A program made the position numbers and the translations under genes. Shown piece by piece: positions 11,627 through 22,490 of a DNA stretch of 64,000 nt (positions are counted from its first letter, which is position 1; every line of letters begins with the position of its first letter). The notes beneath the pieces were generated by a model. That model was not told the origin of the DNA. It did not search any database and was given only the letters and a program-made list of their open reading frames with translations. The stretch is from contig NC_043009.1 in assembly GCF_006345805.1 (NCBI RefSeq), positions 20,150,001 through 20,214,000 of the forward strand, given 5' to 3'. Source of the stretch: Octopus sinensis. Its lineage: Eukaryota.

Positions 11627-13989
11627 AGTTGGGCAAATTTGCACTGAGGATGGTCAATAATCAAACCATTCATTTCAGTCTTTGGAGTTTTTAGTTTAAA
11701 CATTTGTCATTTCTAGTTTCACTTGATCAATGAACCAAATATTGAAACTGCTGTCCAGGTTTACTCAACACTTCAAACAATATACAAAAAAAAAAATCTA
11801 CTTAAAGAAATAATGATTTCTCTGCGCAACTAAACTGTTGTTATAAAATGACAAAAGAATCCTCAACCCATTTAGGTCTGCAGTGAAAGGAAAATCTGGT
11901 TTTATTACAACTTAACCACAAACACTTCTTTTGAGATTTTAAAAAAAATATTTTATGAGAGGAACAGACTGTGTTTATGGTTTCTATAAATCTGACTTAT
12001 GGGAAAAAGCTGTGTCCATGGCCTCCTCTTGTCAATCCTCTTGACACATTTGAAAAGTAGCTATTTGATGTTTGCAGGAAAAACATGAAGAAAGTGGAGG
12101 GTGAGGGATAACATCCTAGAGGGGAAAGGGCTGGGTGAGTGTAAGGCCTGTGAGTGGGTGAGAACAAAATATTGATGACACAAGAAGAGAGATGCATGAG
12201 TAGGGAGTGTGTGAGTGGAGGTGGAGCAGTGGCCATTGTAGTAGTGGTAGAAAAGGCAGAGGGAGAGGACACAGCATGCCTGTGAGCAAGAAACTGGAGG
12301 AGTGTATTGGTGAGGGATTCCATACCAATTAGTTTGGATGCCATTTTGGTGGTGGCGGTGGGGGGGGGAGCAGGTTCAGCTGTTTGTAGCAGCAGCACCA
12401 TAACAGAAAAGGGGATCAGAAACCTTGTTTTACACATGATTCATAAACAATGGAAAGATTGTATTTCTTTCCAGGTCTTTGAATCACACACGCACACACA
12501 CAGAGAGTCTCTTTCTCACCTTCTCTCTCTAACTGTAATTAATTAATTAACTAATCAAGGTCATCTACCAAACTGGATCTTCCACTCCTTACTGAAACCA
12601 TTCCATTTCACTAAAGACTTTGCTATAATTATTCCACTCTATATCAATTACCATTCTTTTATATAAAACCTCTCATCTGACACAACAGAAGAATCTCAAG
12701 TTTTTATAAGAATTCAATATCATTCCTTAATAAAATCATGCCTTTTAGCAAAAACACAGTGTTCCCTATTTTACAGGAAATAAGATTTCATTTTGTCTTG
12801 GTGATCTTTCCCGTAAAAGCTTCATTGAAGTTAATTGGCTTTCAGTCAGAAATACAAGACTTAACTGATCAAAAACTCACCCAATACCATGTGGTGTTGC
12901 TTGACTGACCAATAATATCTTAATCTGTGGCATTGGCTGACCAGTAACTGATGTCTTACTCTGTGGTGTTGATTGATGTGAGTGATGATTGATTAGAGTG
13001 ATGAAGTATGAGAACAAAGTTTTATATTGATTAATTAAAAATGATTAATAGAGCAGGGTTGGAAAATCCTTTAGAATCAACATTTATGAATATGAGCAAA
13101 GGGTTGGAAGAGAAGTTAATGTTAATTTGTCAACAATTTTTGACACAAAAACGTTGAAAGACGTTTCTGTTACTTTTCCATGGAACCCAGTAGGTGACAT
13201 ATGACTGTCTCGTCATGTCTTTTCTCAGAAAATGCAGCATGTCATAGATATCTGTGGACACAACTTTAGTGAACCATATGTAAAAGCACTCTAACCGGGA
13301 GAAATTTGCCAGAACAAAATTACTTTTGGGCCCAGGGATCAAGGTTCTGATAGTCCTTATCTCTCAGCTTCTTGCACCACTCAACTGGTTCAACTCCCCT
13401 CACTCACATACAACCTGCCCCTGACCATTCCATATTTTGCCAAGGCTGTAGCCTCAGTTTCTTTCCTAACCACATGGTCCTGGGTTCAGCTCTACTACAT
13501 AATACCTTGGCCATATGTCTTCTGCTATAGCCATGGGTTGACCAAAACCAAGTGAGTTGATCTGGTAGATGGAAACTGAAAGAAGGTCATTGCATATGTG
13601 TGTGTGTGTGTGTGTTTCCTTGTTTTGGTATTATGCAATAAGTGTAAGTGACTGCCACCATCGTACAAGCAGTGTCTGAGAAGGACTCAAAACATGTGAA
13701 ACCATTTTGAAATTCTTTCTTACATAGAAATTTAAATCTCTAAATTTTGGTTAAAATAGCGATGGAGATAGGCTTTGGCATTTAAAGGTACTCTAGGGCC
13801 CGTGGAACTAAGGTTATGGAAGAGAAAATGATTAAGCGCCATAATCCACCTCCCTCTTCAAATGGAAAATAGGGTAATGTTGCGCCTTTTATAGCCCTTC
13901 TTTCGTTTCCATCAATGTAAACATATCGTCACCGTTCAGTCCTCGATTAATAAAAAAAAATTAATTTGACGTTGTGTAACCATCTTTTT

Positions 13990-15089
13990 GTCTGTTCATT
14001 ATTTTCTGGCTACCATGAGGAAACAAAATAAATTCTCTTTTATCATGAAGAGATGGGATAACGTATTTACGATAGTGATGGTGAGGGTTAAGCTTACTTT
14101 AGAAGTCTGAGGGAAATAGGAAGGTGCGGTGGGGAAGAAGAAGGAGCACCAAAACGGAAACAAGGAATTGGAAAGGACAATCATTAAATATGATTATATG
14201 GGGACCAAACGATATAATAGAAGAGCTACCGGAAACAATAGTGTTTGGAGATACAACGATGGTAGAAAGAATAGAGGGTAGGATACCCAGGTGCTATAAA
14301 TGTGGCCAGAAAGGTCACACTAGAGCAAACTGCCCTCTGTAAAGGAAAAAGGAAGAACCGGTAAAAGAAAAGGAGGAAACAACACCACCACCAGCAGTAA
14401 CAGAAGAAGGAAGCAAGTAGAACAGAAGACAAATGGGTGACACCAGGAAAGGAAAGGAAGAGAAAAAGGAAGAAACCAGGTAAAATCAATACTGAAACCC
14501 ACCCCACCCAAATACCACCCACACCTTCTTCTCCTCACCCGCTCCCTACAGACACTGAATCTACTCACACCCCTCCAACACGAAAACAAACACAGTCAGA
14601 AACAAGAAATTCAACCTCCCCTCCTCAGAAAAAACGAAGAAAGGAAGCTATGTAATGATGTACGATAACACAAATATAAATTTGTGTGAAGAGATGAAAA
14701 AAAGTGGAAAGGCATTAGAGCGGTGGACACTTGCAGGTTCGACTACGTGTAAGGGTGGCATCGCTGCCTGTTGTTGGACGAAAACCAAAGAGAGAAAACT
14801 GTGAAATGCGAAAAAGGATATAAAATATGGCAAGTCGATCTAGACATTCAAAATCTGCCAGGGAATATGGCTTACATGTTCTTATTGAAGGAGTACGGAG
14901 TGAACATTATGGAAGGCTCCGGGTTTGAAAGGAAAAAAAGAACAGAGATAAAACGAAGTAACTCAGTGGTGGGGCTGAGGAAACTTCATTCCATTTCTCA
15001 TTTTATCATTCCTTTTTCCCCTTTTTTAAAAATTTGTTATGTATCCCCATATGTCTTTGTGTTGTCCCTTTGTGAGCAATAAAGAAATA
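13990..15089 (+). mobile_element. LINE (L1/Tx1-like) ORF1 remnant with CCHC zinc knuckle and 3' polyadenylation end
   Basis: EGRIPRCYKCGQKGHTRANCP (CX2CX4HX4C), then a K/T/P-rich tail ending at 14655, then AATAAA at 15078-15083. Confidence 0.65.
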
Positions 15090-15210
15090 GGGTAGAAGAA
15101 GGAGGAGGAAAAAGAAGTGGGAATATCAGAGGGAAAATGCGTGGAAAACGAAAAACGAAAAGAGATGGAAGAAAAAGAAGAAATGGGAAGAATTATGAAA
15201 AGTGAGAGAA

Positions 15211-15344
15211 GGCGGCGAGTTTTGTCCAATCAGCTTCAGGTGTGTGTATCTGGTCAATTTATAGTCTTAATGAGGGGGGTACAATAATTAAAATAATTAC
15301 AGCGTGGCGGGAATTACGGTGTCTAAGTTGTCTCACGTGTAAGT
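15211..15344 (+). promoter_or_regulatory. Candidate brat promoter / non-coding first exon
   Basis: CCAAT (15226-15230), E2F-like TGGCGGGAA (15305-15313), E-box CACGTG (15334-15339), donor-like GTAAGT (15339-15344); matching acceptor AG at 18056-18057, 33 nt before the ATG. Confidence 0.35.
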
Positions 15345-17424
15345 AATGAATCAACTTTATTGCATTTATATTATGATGACATTACATAGATATTAAGAAA
15401 AGCCCAACTTTGCCATGGTTTTCTTCAGAATCTTGGGGTTTCTCACTCCCCACCAGTTGTTAAATTAATTCTTTGAATGAAATTTCTTTCAAAATTGAAT
15501 GTTGTCCTCTCTTTAACAAATACTATCATCTTAAGGTAAGAGATATTTTTATTGCCCATAAGTTGTTAAAATTCGGGGGAAACATCGTTTTTTCTTGCAG
15601 TTTTTAGTATATATTCACTGTTACATCAATTAAAATCTGTTTCAAATGATTTATTATCAACAAACGAACTTTGACAAAGAAACGTTTTGTCTTCTTCGTT
15701 TAATTTATAACGAATGAACTGAAATAACTTCCATATCGTTTATATTTGTGTGTTAAGGCCAGCTGCTGTGATTCTTATTCTTTGTACAACTTTCCATCGG
15801 TTCCCTTTCATGCTCTTTAGGGATTTTCTAAAGAAGGTTAATTAAATATCCATATTTTAAAATGACTTTGGAAACCGAACTTGCGTAAACACGTCAGTCG
15901 TTCTATATATTCTATGAGGTAAAAATGTTATTTGGTGCCAAATCTAACACAGTTTCTTGGTCTTTGAAGCATTTAATTTTTAGAATTTTGCAATTATTGT
16001 TAATTTATTTTCAATACATTCTGTAAATACTTAGCAGACAGTGCGTATGTACGTATAAACTTGTTTAAAATTAGTCATTTTACTATTTCAGTAACTTGCA
16101 CAGGTAGGGCTGGCATGGCCCCATAGTCTTTAGAGATGACACTTGTTGGGAGAAGGAGTTTATGAAGAAGTTTAACAAGTTTTCTTTTTCTGTCCAGTCC
16201 TACATTTTTATTCCATAACCAGTTTCAGAATGTAATTGACGGTAGTGTCATTGATAAAATGTTTCCAAGGTTGATATAAGTAATTGTTAGTTAATTGGCA
16301 ATGTAACTTAATAAAATATATTTATCTTTAACAGAAAAATTACAGTTCTGACTTCCCAAATATTTTTGTTAAATCTTCGTCTGTCTTGAGCATTAGTGAC
16401 TGAGCCAGATGTTTGCTCTGGAGTTATGTTTCTACATATGGTCACAGCTGTTTGATCTAGTTCTAAACCTGTCAGATTAAACTATTAACGGTGACTCGTG
16501 AGCTTCAGCTTGCTAGATTGCTTTTCTCGTTGACCAAGCTGCATTTTCCAAACAGCACTGCTGTGTGGGATTAACCAACTTCGGTAGCTTTAATTACCCA
16601 AAACACCATTATATGAATTATATCGTCTCTCTGGGGGAATTACACAGGTGTTCACCAGTTGTTCCTTTGCCCTACTTCGGCAAATTAAACCCGTTTACGC
16701 CACCAGTTTTAGCACCTGCCTTGTGCTGCTGACAACGTTTATATCTCACCAATTTTTTTAAAAACCCACTTTAAACTTGTGAACTTTTGGTTTCTAGTTT
16801 TATTCACTTTAATGTAGAATATTCTAGAATTCTATATTAACATTTTAAAAAATTGTTTGTGTTAATATTTTCACTGTTCATATTTAAAACTTTGGTAGTT
16901 TATTGTGATACAAATTTTATGAATTTCCAATATTTAAAAATTCAGTAAGATATATTAAAAAAGTTCTGTTCTAAATATAAAATTTGGAAAAAACCAATTG
17001 TCTTTTTAGGCAAAAACTATTAAGTTCCAGTTACATTGCTTTTTTGATGGTGTACAAGTTCAACTCCTAGTATAGTTGTAAATCTCAATCTATCATTAAT
17101 TATACAAATAGATTGACAGCATGACTATCATGCATTTTAAATTCAACAGCCTTCGATGCTTATGTTGGTTCATAATTCTTTGATTTGGTGAAGTACCTTT
17201 TTTGCCTTTCATGCTTTTAAGACTTTTTAGTTGCAGTTGTCGGTTTTAAATTTAGATAAATCTATCCTAGACTTGCTGAAGTCACTGAGCCTTTGGGGTA
17301 TTTGGAAAGCTGTTAGCATTTAGATCATTGTTGAACATCCCCTTTTCTGTGCTTGCATGGGTTAGAAGGAATTTGACGAAGACTATCTACTGTCAGATGC
17401 CCTTCCTTTCACCAACTATTACAT

Positions 17425-17704
17425 GGGTACTACTAGCGAACAGTGGTCCCGGTGTGCACACTCGCGCTCGCTAGTCGTAAGTAGTTGATCCTACAACGAC
17501 TTGCGCGTATGTTTGTTTCAAGGCTGAATACATATAAAAGAAAATTAATATTTTTCGAACAAAGTAAATAATTTTTTAAACTAAGTAAATAAATAATTTT
17601 TATAAACAAAGGTTAGGTTTAGGGTTAAAAAGTCGTAGGATCGACTACTTACGACTAGCTAGCGCGAGTGCGCGCACCGGGACCACTGTTCGCTAGTAGT
17701 ACCC
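17425..17704. mobile_element. 280-bp MITE with ~75-bp TIRs and 7-bp TSD (ATTACAT)
   Basis: GGGTACTACTAGCGAACAGTGGTCCCGGTG... and ...CACCGGGACCACTGTTCGCTAGTAGTACCC; ATTACAT at 17418-17424 and 17705-17711. Confidence 0.9.
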
Positions 17705-18090
17705 ATTACATGTTTCCAAGTAAGGTAACAGCAGAATTAAAAATGGTTAAGTGTAGAATTGGGGGAGTTTGGATAATCTGAGTCTGGAGATAATTTTTAC
17801 TTGGCAAGCATGGATAGTGAAATTCTGACCTCTCCACTTCAACCACATAGATTAATGGCTGTACTAACCTGTTCTAACAGGTGATGGCTTAAATTGCTAT
17901 GAATAAGTTTTATTAAACTTCAGTTACCAAACATGGGATTAATTTCATTTCATGCAAATGTTTAAATGGTGTTAAATAGTATTTTTTGTATATATATATA
18001 TATATATATATATTTATTTGTCTAAAACTTTGTATTGAAATCTCTTTCCAAATATAGGTAAACTAAATTGTACCAACCATTTTTGCTGAA

Positions 18091-20289
18091 ATGTCTTCAC
18101 CAACCTTATCTCAGAGTGGATCCACCTCATCTGATTGTGAACTCCTTTATGAACCAACTGTATTATGTACCAAATGTCCCTCTTGCTTGGAGATGTATAT
18201 AATGCCCAAAGTCCTTGATTGTTTCCATACATTTTGTCTTCCTTGTCTGGAAAAGAGTCAGGATGATCCGAGCAAGATCATCTGTTCAGAATGTTCTTTT
18301 GTAACCCATCTACCCCATGGTACCCTGGATTTGGCAACTGATTATGCTATTAGTAATGTTCTTGAGTCTTCGGTGCTGCCACGTTGTTCAGCACATTGTA
18401 CTGGTTGTAAGAACACAGATAAGGTAGCCGTTGCCAAATGCTATAATTGTGCCAATCTGCTTTGTGCCAACTGTGTCATGGCTCATCAGTTCATGCACTG
18501 CTTCGAAGGTCATAAAGTGTTGAATTTCAATGAAATACACCAGCTTCCTGATGACTATTCCCCATCCGAAAGATGTGTAACCTGTCCCAAACATCCATTC
18601 AAAGTGCTGCAATCTTTCTGTATGACTTGCAATATTCCGGTTTGTAACGATTGTGCAATGTCTGAGCATAATTCTGGCCATGATTGTCAGTTGTTGTTAG
18701 GTGTTGTTGATAATCAAATTGAGAAACTCCACCAACTACAGACTAAAGTAAAATCCAGATCAAAAGACCTTGAAACTATTTCGGACAAACTAAAAGACAT
18801 TGATTTTCAGTTATGTTCGCAATATCAAAAAATCCAAAATGATATCAGTACAACTTATAATTACTTTCGAACAGTTTTGGATGAACGTAAACAGGAATTG
18901 CTACAAGAACTCGAAGACACATTTAGCAGCAAGATCATGGTTTTAAACAAGACGGACTCTAAAATCCAGCAAACCATTTCTCAAATCTCTCATGGTTGTC
19001 AGTTTATTAAAAAACTGACCAAATATGCTAATGCTTCCGAGATATTGTTAATAAAATGTTTTATTGAGCAACAATTTCAGAGAATTCTGGAATATTATCC
19101 AAATCTACATTGTCAAGAATTTGATTTTGAATTCTTATCTAATTTCTCTGCCATTCGAGCTGGTGTTCAAAATACATTTGGTTCTATTCATCAAACTGGT
19201 GACTTTGATGCAACTGATTGGAACGTGGAGTCGACAAGATGCCCAAGAAGACCATATAAAACTCCAGATAGTAAACAATTCTCTTGCCACAGTCAACAGT
19301 ATAACTCTCCAGAAAAAGTCTATGAGAAATGGAATGGTGCCTTAGATATTTCAAATGAAGAATCTGTTTATCCATCACCTAACAATTTGTCAGAGTTCAA
19401 AACTAAATTAATAAATTCTTCCTTTTCTACGTCCTCAAAACCACAGATAAGACGTCAGAAAATGATTTATCATTGTAAGTTTGGTGAATTTGGAACCCTT
19501 GATGGCCAATTTACAGAACCAAGTGGTGTAGCTGTCAATGCTCAAAATGATATTGTCATTGCTGATACAAATAACCATCGCATTCAAATATTTGACAAAG
19601 ATGGTCGGTTCAAGTTTCAATTTGGTGAATGTGGCAAAAGAGATGGCCAGCTTCTTTATCCCAACAGAGTAGCAATTGTGAAGTCTTCAGGAGATATAGT
19701 TGTCACAGAGAGGAGCCCAACCCATCAAGTTCAAATTTATAACCAATATGGACAATTTATTCGCAAATTTGGTTCTTGTGTGTTACAGCATCCTCGTGGC
19801 ATTGCTGTTGATGTCAAAGGAAGAATCGTTATTGTTGAGTGCAAAGTTATGCGTGTAATTATCTTTGATCAGTTTGGTACTGTGATAAACAAATTTGGTT
19901 GCTCCCAACATTTAGAATTTCCAAATGGAGTTGTGGTGAATGACAAAGAGGAAATCTTTATAAGTGACAACCGTGCCCATTGCGTGAAAGTATTTAATTA
20001 TGCAGGCATATTTTTGCGTCAAGTTGGTGGTGAAGGAATTACTAATTATCCGATTGGTGTGGGAATAAATTCAAATGGGGCCATAGTAATTGCTGACAAC
20101 CATAATAATTTCAATGTCACAATTTTTACACAATCTGGTCAGCTTATAAATGCTCTGGAAAGTAAAGTGAAGCATGCTCAGTGCTTTGATGTGGCTCTTC
20201 TCAATGGGAATTCAATAATCCTCGCAAGTAAGGATTATAGGATTTATATCTACCGTTACTCAAATTACAGACAGCATTCTGCGTTGTGA
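18091..20289 (+). CDS. brat: Brain tumor (Brat/NCL-1)-like TRIM-NHL protein, 732 aa, single coding exon
   Basis: C3HC4 RING, two B-boxes, coiled coil, and an NHL propeller (QIRRQKMIYHCKFGEFG..FTEPSGVAVNAQNDI..TERSPTHQ..ESKVKHAQCFDVAL..SKDYRIYIYRY) nearly identical to the Drosophila Brat NHL as I recall it; in-frame TAA upstream. Confidence 0.95.
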   Translation: MSSPTLSQSGSTSSDCELLYEPTVLCTKCPSCLEMYIMPKVLDCFHTFCLPCLEKSQDDPSKIICSECSFVTHLPHGTLDLATDYAISNVLESSVLPRCSAHCTGCKNTDKVAVAKCYNCANLLCANCVMAHQFMHCFEGHKVLNFNEIHQLPDDYSPSERCVTCPKHPFKVLQSFCMTCNIPVCNDCAMSEHNSGHDCQLLLGVVDNQIEKLHQLQTKVKSRSKDLETISDKLKDIDFQLCSQYQKIQNDISTTYNYFRTVLDERKQELLQELEDTFSSKIMVLNKTDSKIQQTISQISHGCQFIKKLTKYANASEILLIKCFIEQQFQRILEYYPNLHCQEFDFEFLSNFSAIRAGVQNTFGSIHQTGDFDATDWNVESTRCPRRPYKTPDSKQFSCHSQQYNSPEKVYEKWNGALDISNEESVYPSPNNLSEFKTKLINSSFSTSSKPQIRRQKMIYHCKFGEFGTLDGQFTEPSGVAVNAQNDIVIADTNNHRIQIFDKDGRFKFQFGECGKRDGQLLYPNRVAIVKSSGDIVVTERSPTHQVQIYNQYGQFIRKFGSCVLQHPRGIAVDVKGRIVIVECKVMRVIIFDQFGTVINKFGCSQHLEFPNGVVVNDKEEIFISDNRAHCVKVFNYAGIFLRQVGGEGITNYPIGVGINSNGAIVIADNHNNFNVTIFTQSGQLINALESKVKHAQCFDVALLNGNSIILASKDYRIYIYRYSNYRQHSAL

Positions 20290-22340
20290 AAGAAATGCTT
20301 TTTTTTTTTAACATTTGGTTATTATAGTTTTAGGAATATGAAAGACCGAAGTGGATGTAACTCCAATAACATGAAAATTCATTTATTGAACATTGAGAGA
20401 AATAACTGTTGTTATTATTTAACATGGCAGAACATTTATTTTTCAAAGGAAATTGAAAAATCTTGTTATTTTCTTTATTGTTTTAACTAATTTTCTTACT
20501 CTACCTCATCATTAAACAAGACTGGATACTAAAATTCAAATTTGTCAGGAAGGATTTTCTTTGACTCTGTTAAATTTCTAGATTTTGTAAAATAGTTAGT
20601 TTTCTAAATTGATCTTTCATTTGGATAGCCAAAAAAAAAAAAAAAAGAAAACCCTGCCATGAGCTGTTTTGAAGAGAATTTTTACTGTCTTCACTGGCTA
20701 TTTTTATTTTTAAAGAAATGGTTGAATCCACTAACTATATTTCTTTTAACATTGTTATTTAACCATTATTCCAGTGAAAGATTAATTTTGTTGTTACAAA
20801 GGAAAAATTACAATGTTTGACTTAATATAAATTATTCTTACATTTTTTAAAAAATTTATTTGCAATTTTTTCCTAATTTCTTTTTATTTTATTTGAAATT
20901 TCACAAAAATGTTTGTATCTTCAAACCTGTATTTTTATTTCGCATGTTTGTTAGCAAACTAAATATAAGATTTGATAGTCTTTCACATTCCATCATGTCC
21001 AGGTGTCTTGTTAATATTTTAAACCTTGGAATAATGTATCTTTTTAAGTTGTAAATAATTCATCTTGGGAAAATCATACCATCACTTTCAAACTCTCATG
21101 CCTCATCCTTCTCTTGATATTCATAAAGATTGGCCACTTTTGAAGAATTGTTTGGATGTTACAAAAATTTTTTTAAAATGCTATTTCATTCAGTTCTTCC
21201 TAAGATAACAAATTTTTTTTAATAACCTCTCCTGAGTTTACTCAGTTTGGAAACATCACATGGCATATCTAACTGGGCAATTTTTACCAAAGAAGTCAAT
21301 ATGTATATTAAAATATTCTTTGGAACCATACTATGACAAATTGGTCACTTGTCCTTCCCCTCCCTTTCAAAGAAGCACAACTTGGTAAAGTTCTCTACAT
21401 TGACTTTGTCTTGTATAGAAATTAGTGGCAACACATTGAGAGACATTCTGATTTCACTCAACTGAAGCATGAAGGGGGCCATGAAATGGTCGCTTGATCT
21501 GTTAGAAATAGCAGCCAAATTTGTCTTGTATTACCACCAAAAGGTTCAAAAAAAGAAAATCATAAAACTTAATCAGATATCTAGGTTAACCGTTAAATCC
21601 ACTGATGACCACATGGACCACAATCTGCTGCTAATTTTACTGAGTGAGTCAGAGATTTTGTATATCGAAGACTTATACCAATGATGCCAAACTCTTTTCA
21701 TCACTGCAACATTGTAAAGCTTATTATTTTCTCTGTAAGTTCTCATTATCTTTATAATTGAATGAAACGTTTTAATTAAACCTCGACTTGATTTTAATTA
21801 TCTCCGTTTGAGATAATCATTGCTTGTATTCAGATGTTTCCTCAACAATAGCCAAAGTCTTCAACAGTCTGCGTTTTGTGGTGATTCTTTCCTTCTGATA
21901 CTGTTGCAAATGTTTTTTTTATTTTTATTTCTCAATCCCATTGTCAACTGGAATCAAAACTGCGACTATGAATCCTCCTTGATAAAAACTCATCCACTGG
22001 ATTCATGTAATTGATTTAACCTCTCCTCTGAAATTATAGGTCTTGTACCAAAGTTTGAAACCAGAATTAAAACTAATTACAATTTCATTACAAAGACGAT
22101 TTAATAATCATGCAAAATCGATCTGAATATCGAAATCCTTTCATTAGATTGAAATAATTTGGTCACAAATGGGAAGATGGCTATGGAACAGGAGCAAGGA
22201 CTTGAGTTGCTTTTTGGTTTCAATGATAGCCGGAATAGGTGCAGAAACTTGACAAACATATTTAATAACTGTGGTTATCTGCCCTTTGAAATTCTGCAAC
22301 AGTTTAAAATACTTTATATATATATATATATATATATATA

Positions 22341-22490
22341 CTTTATTTAAAGCAGCAGAAAATTCAACAAAATCTGTTACTCTGAGTTTCTCGTTGCCGT
22401 TCATCAATTCTAACAAAAACTGTCTGATGAACGGCAACGAGAAACTCAGAGTAACAGATTTTGTTGAATTTTCTGCTGCTTTAAATAAAG
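22341..22490. repeat. Perfect 66-bp inverted repeat with 18-nt spacer (probable PLE pLTR foldback)
   Basis: 22341-22406 is the exact reverse complement of 22425-22490; abuts a (TA)n tract. Confidence 0.95.
22414..22463 (+). ncRNA. Minimal type-I hammerhead ribozyme-like motif
   Basis: CAAAAA-CUGU-CUGAUGA-A-CG(GCAA)CG-A-GAAA-CUCAGAG-UA|ACAG-AUUUUG: extended stem I, GNRA-capped stem II, near-palindromic stem III, GUA cleavage triplet at 22451-22453; stem II closes on an A.A mismatch. Confidence 0.6.

Noticed and set aside
12876-12980. Degenerate ~38-bp tandem repeats (also ATGACATA repeats at ~1405-1520)
   Set aside because: Low copy, highly diverged, no structure beyond an ordinary minisatellite.
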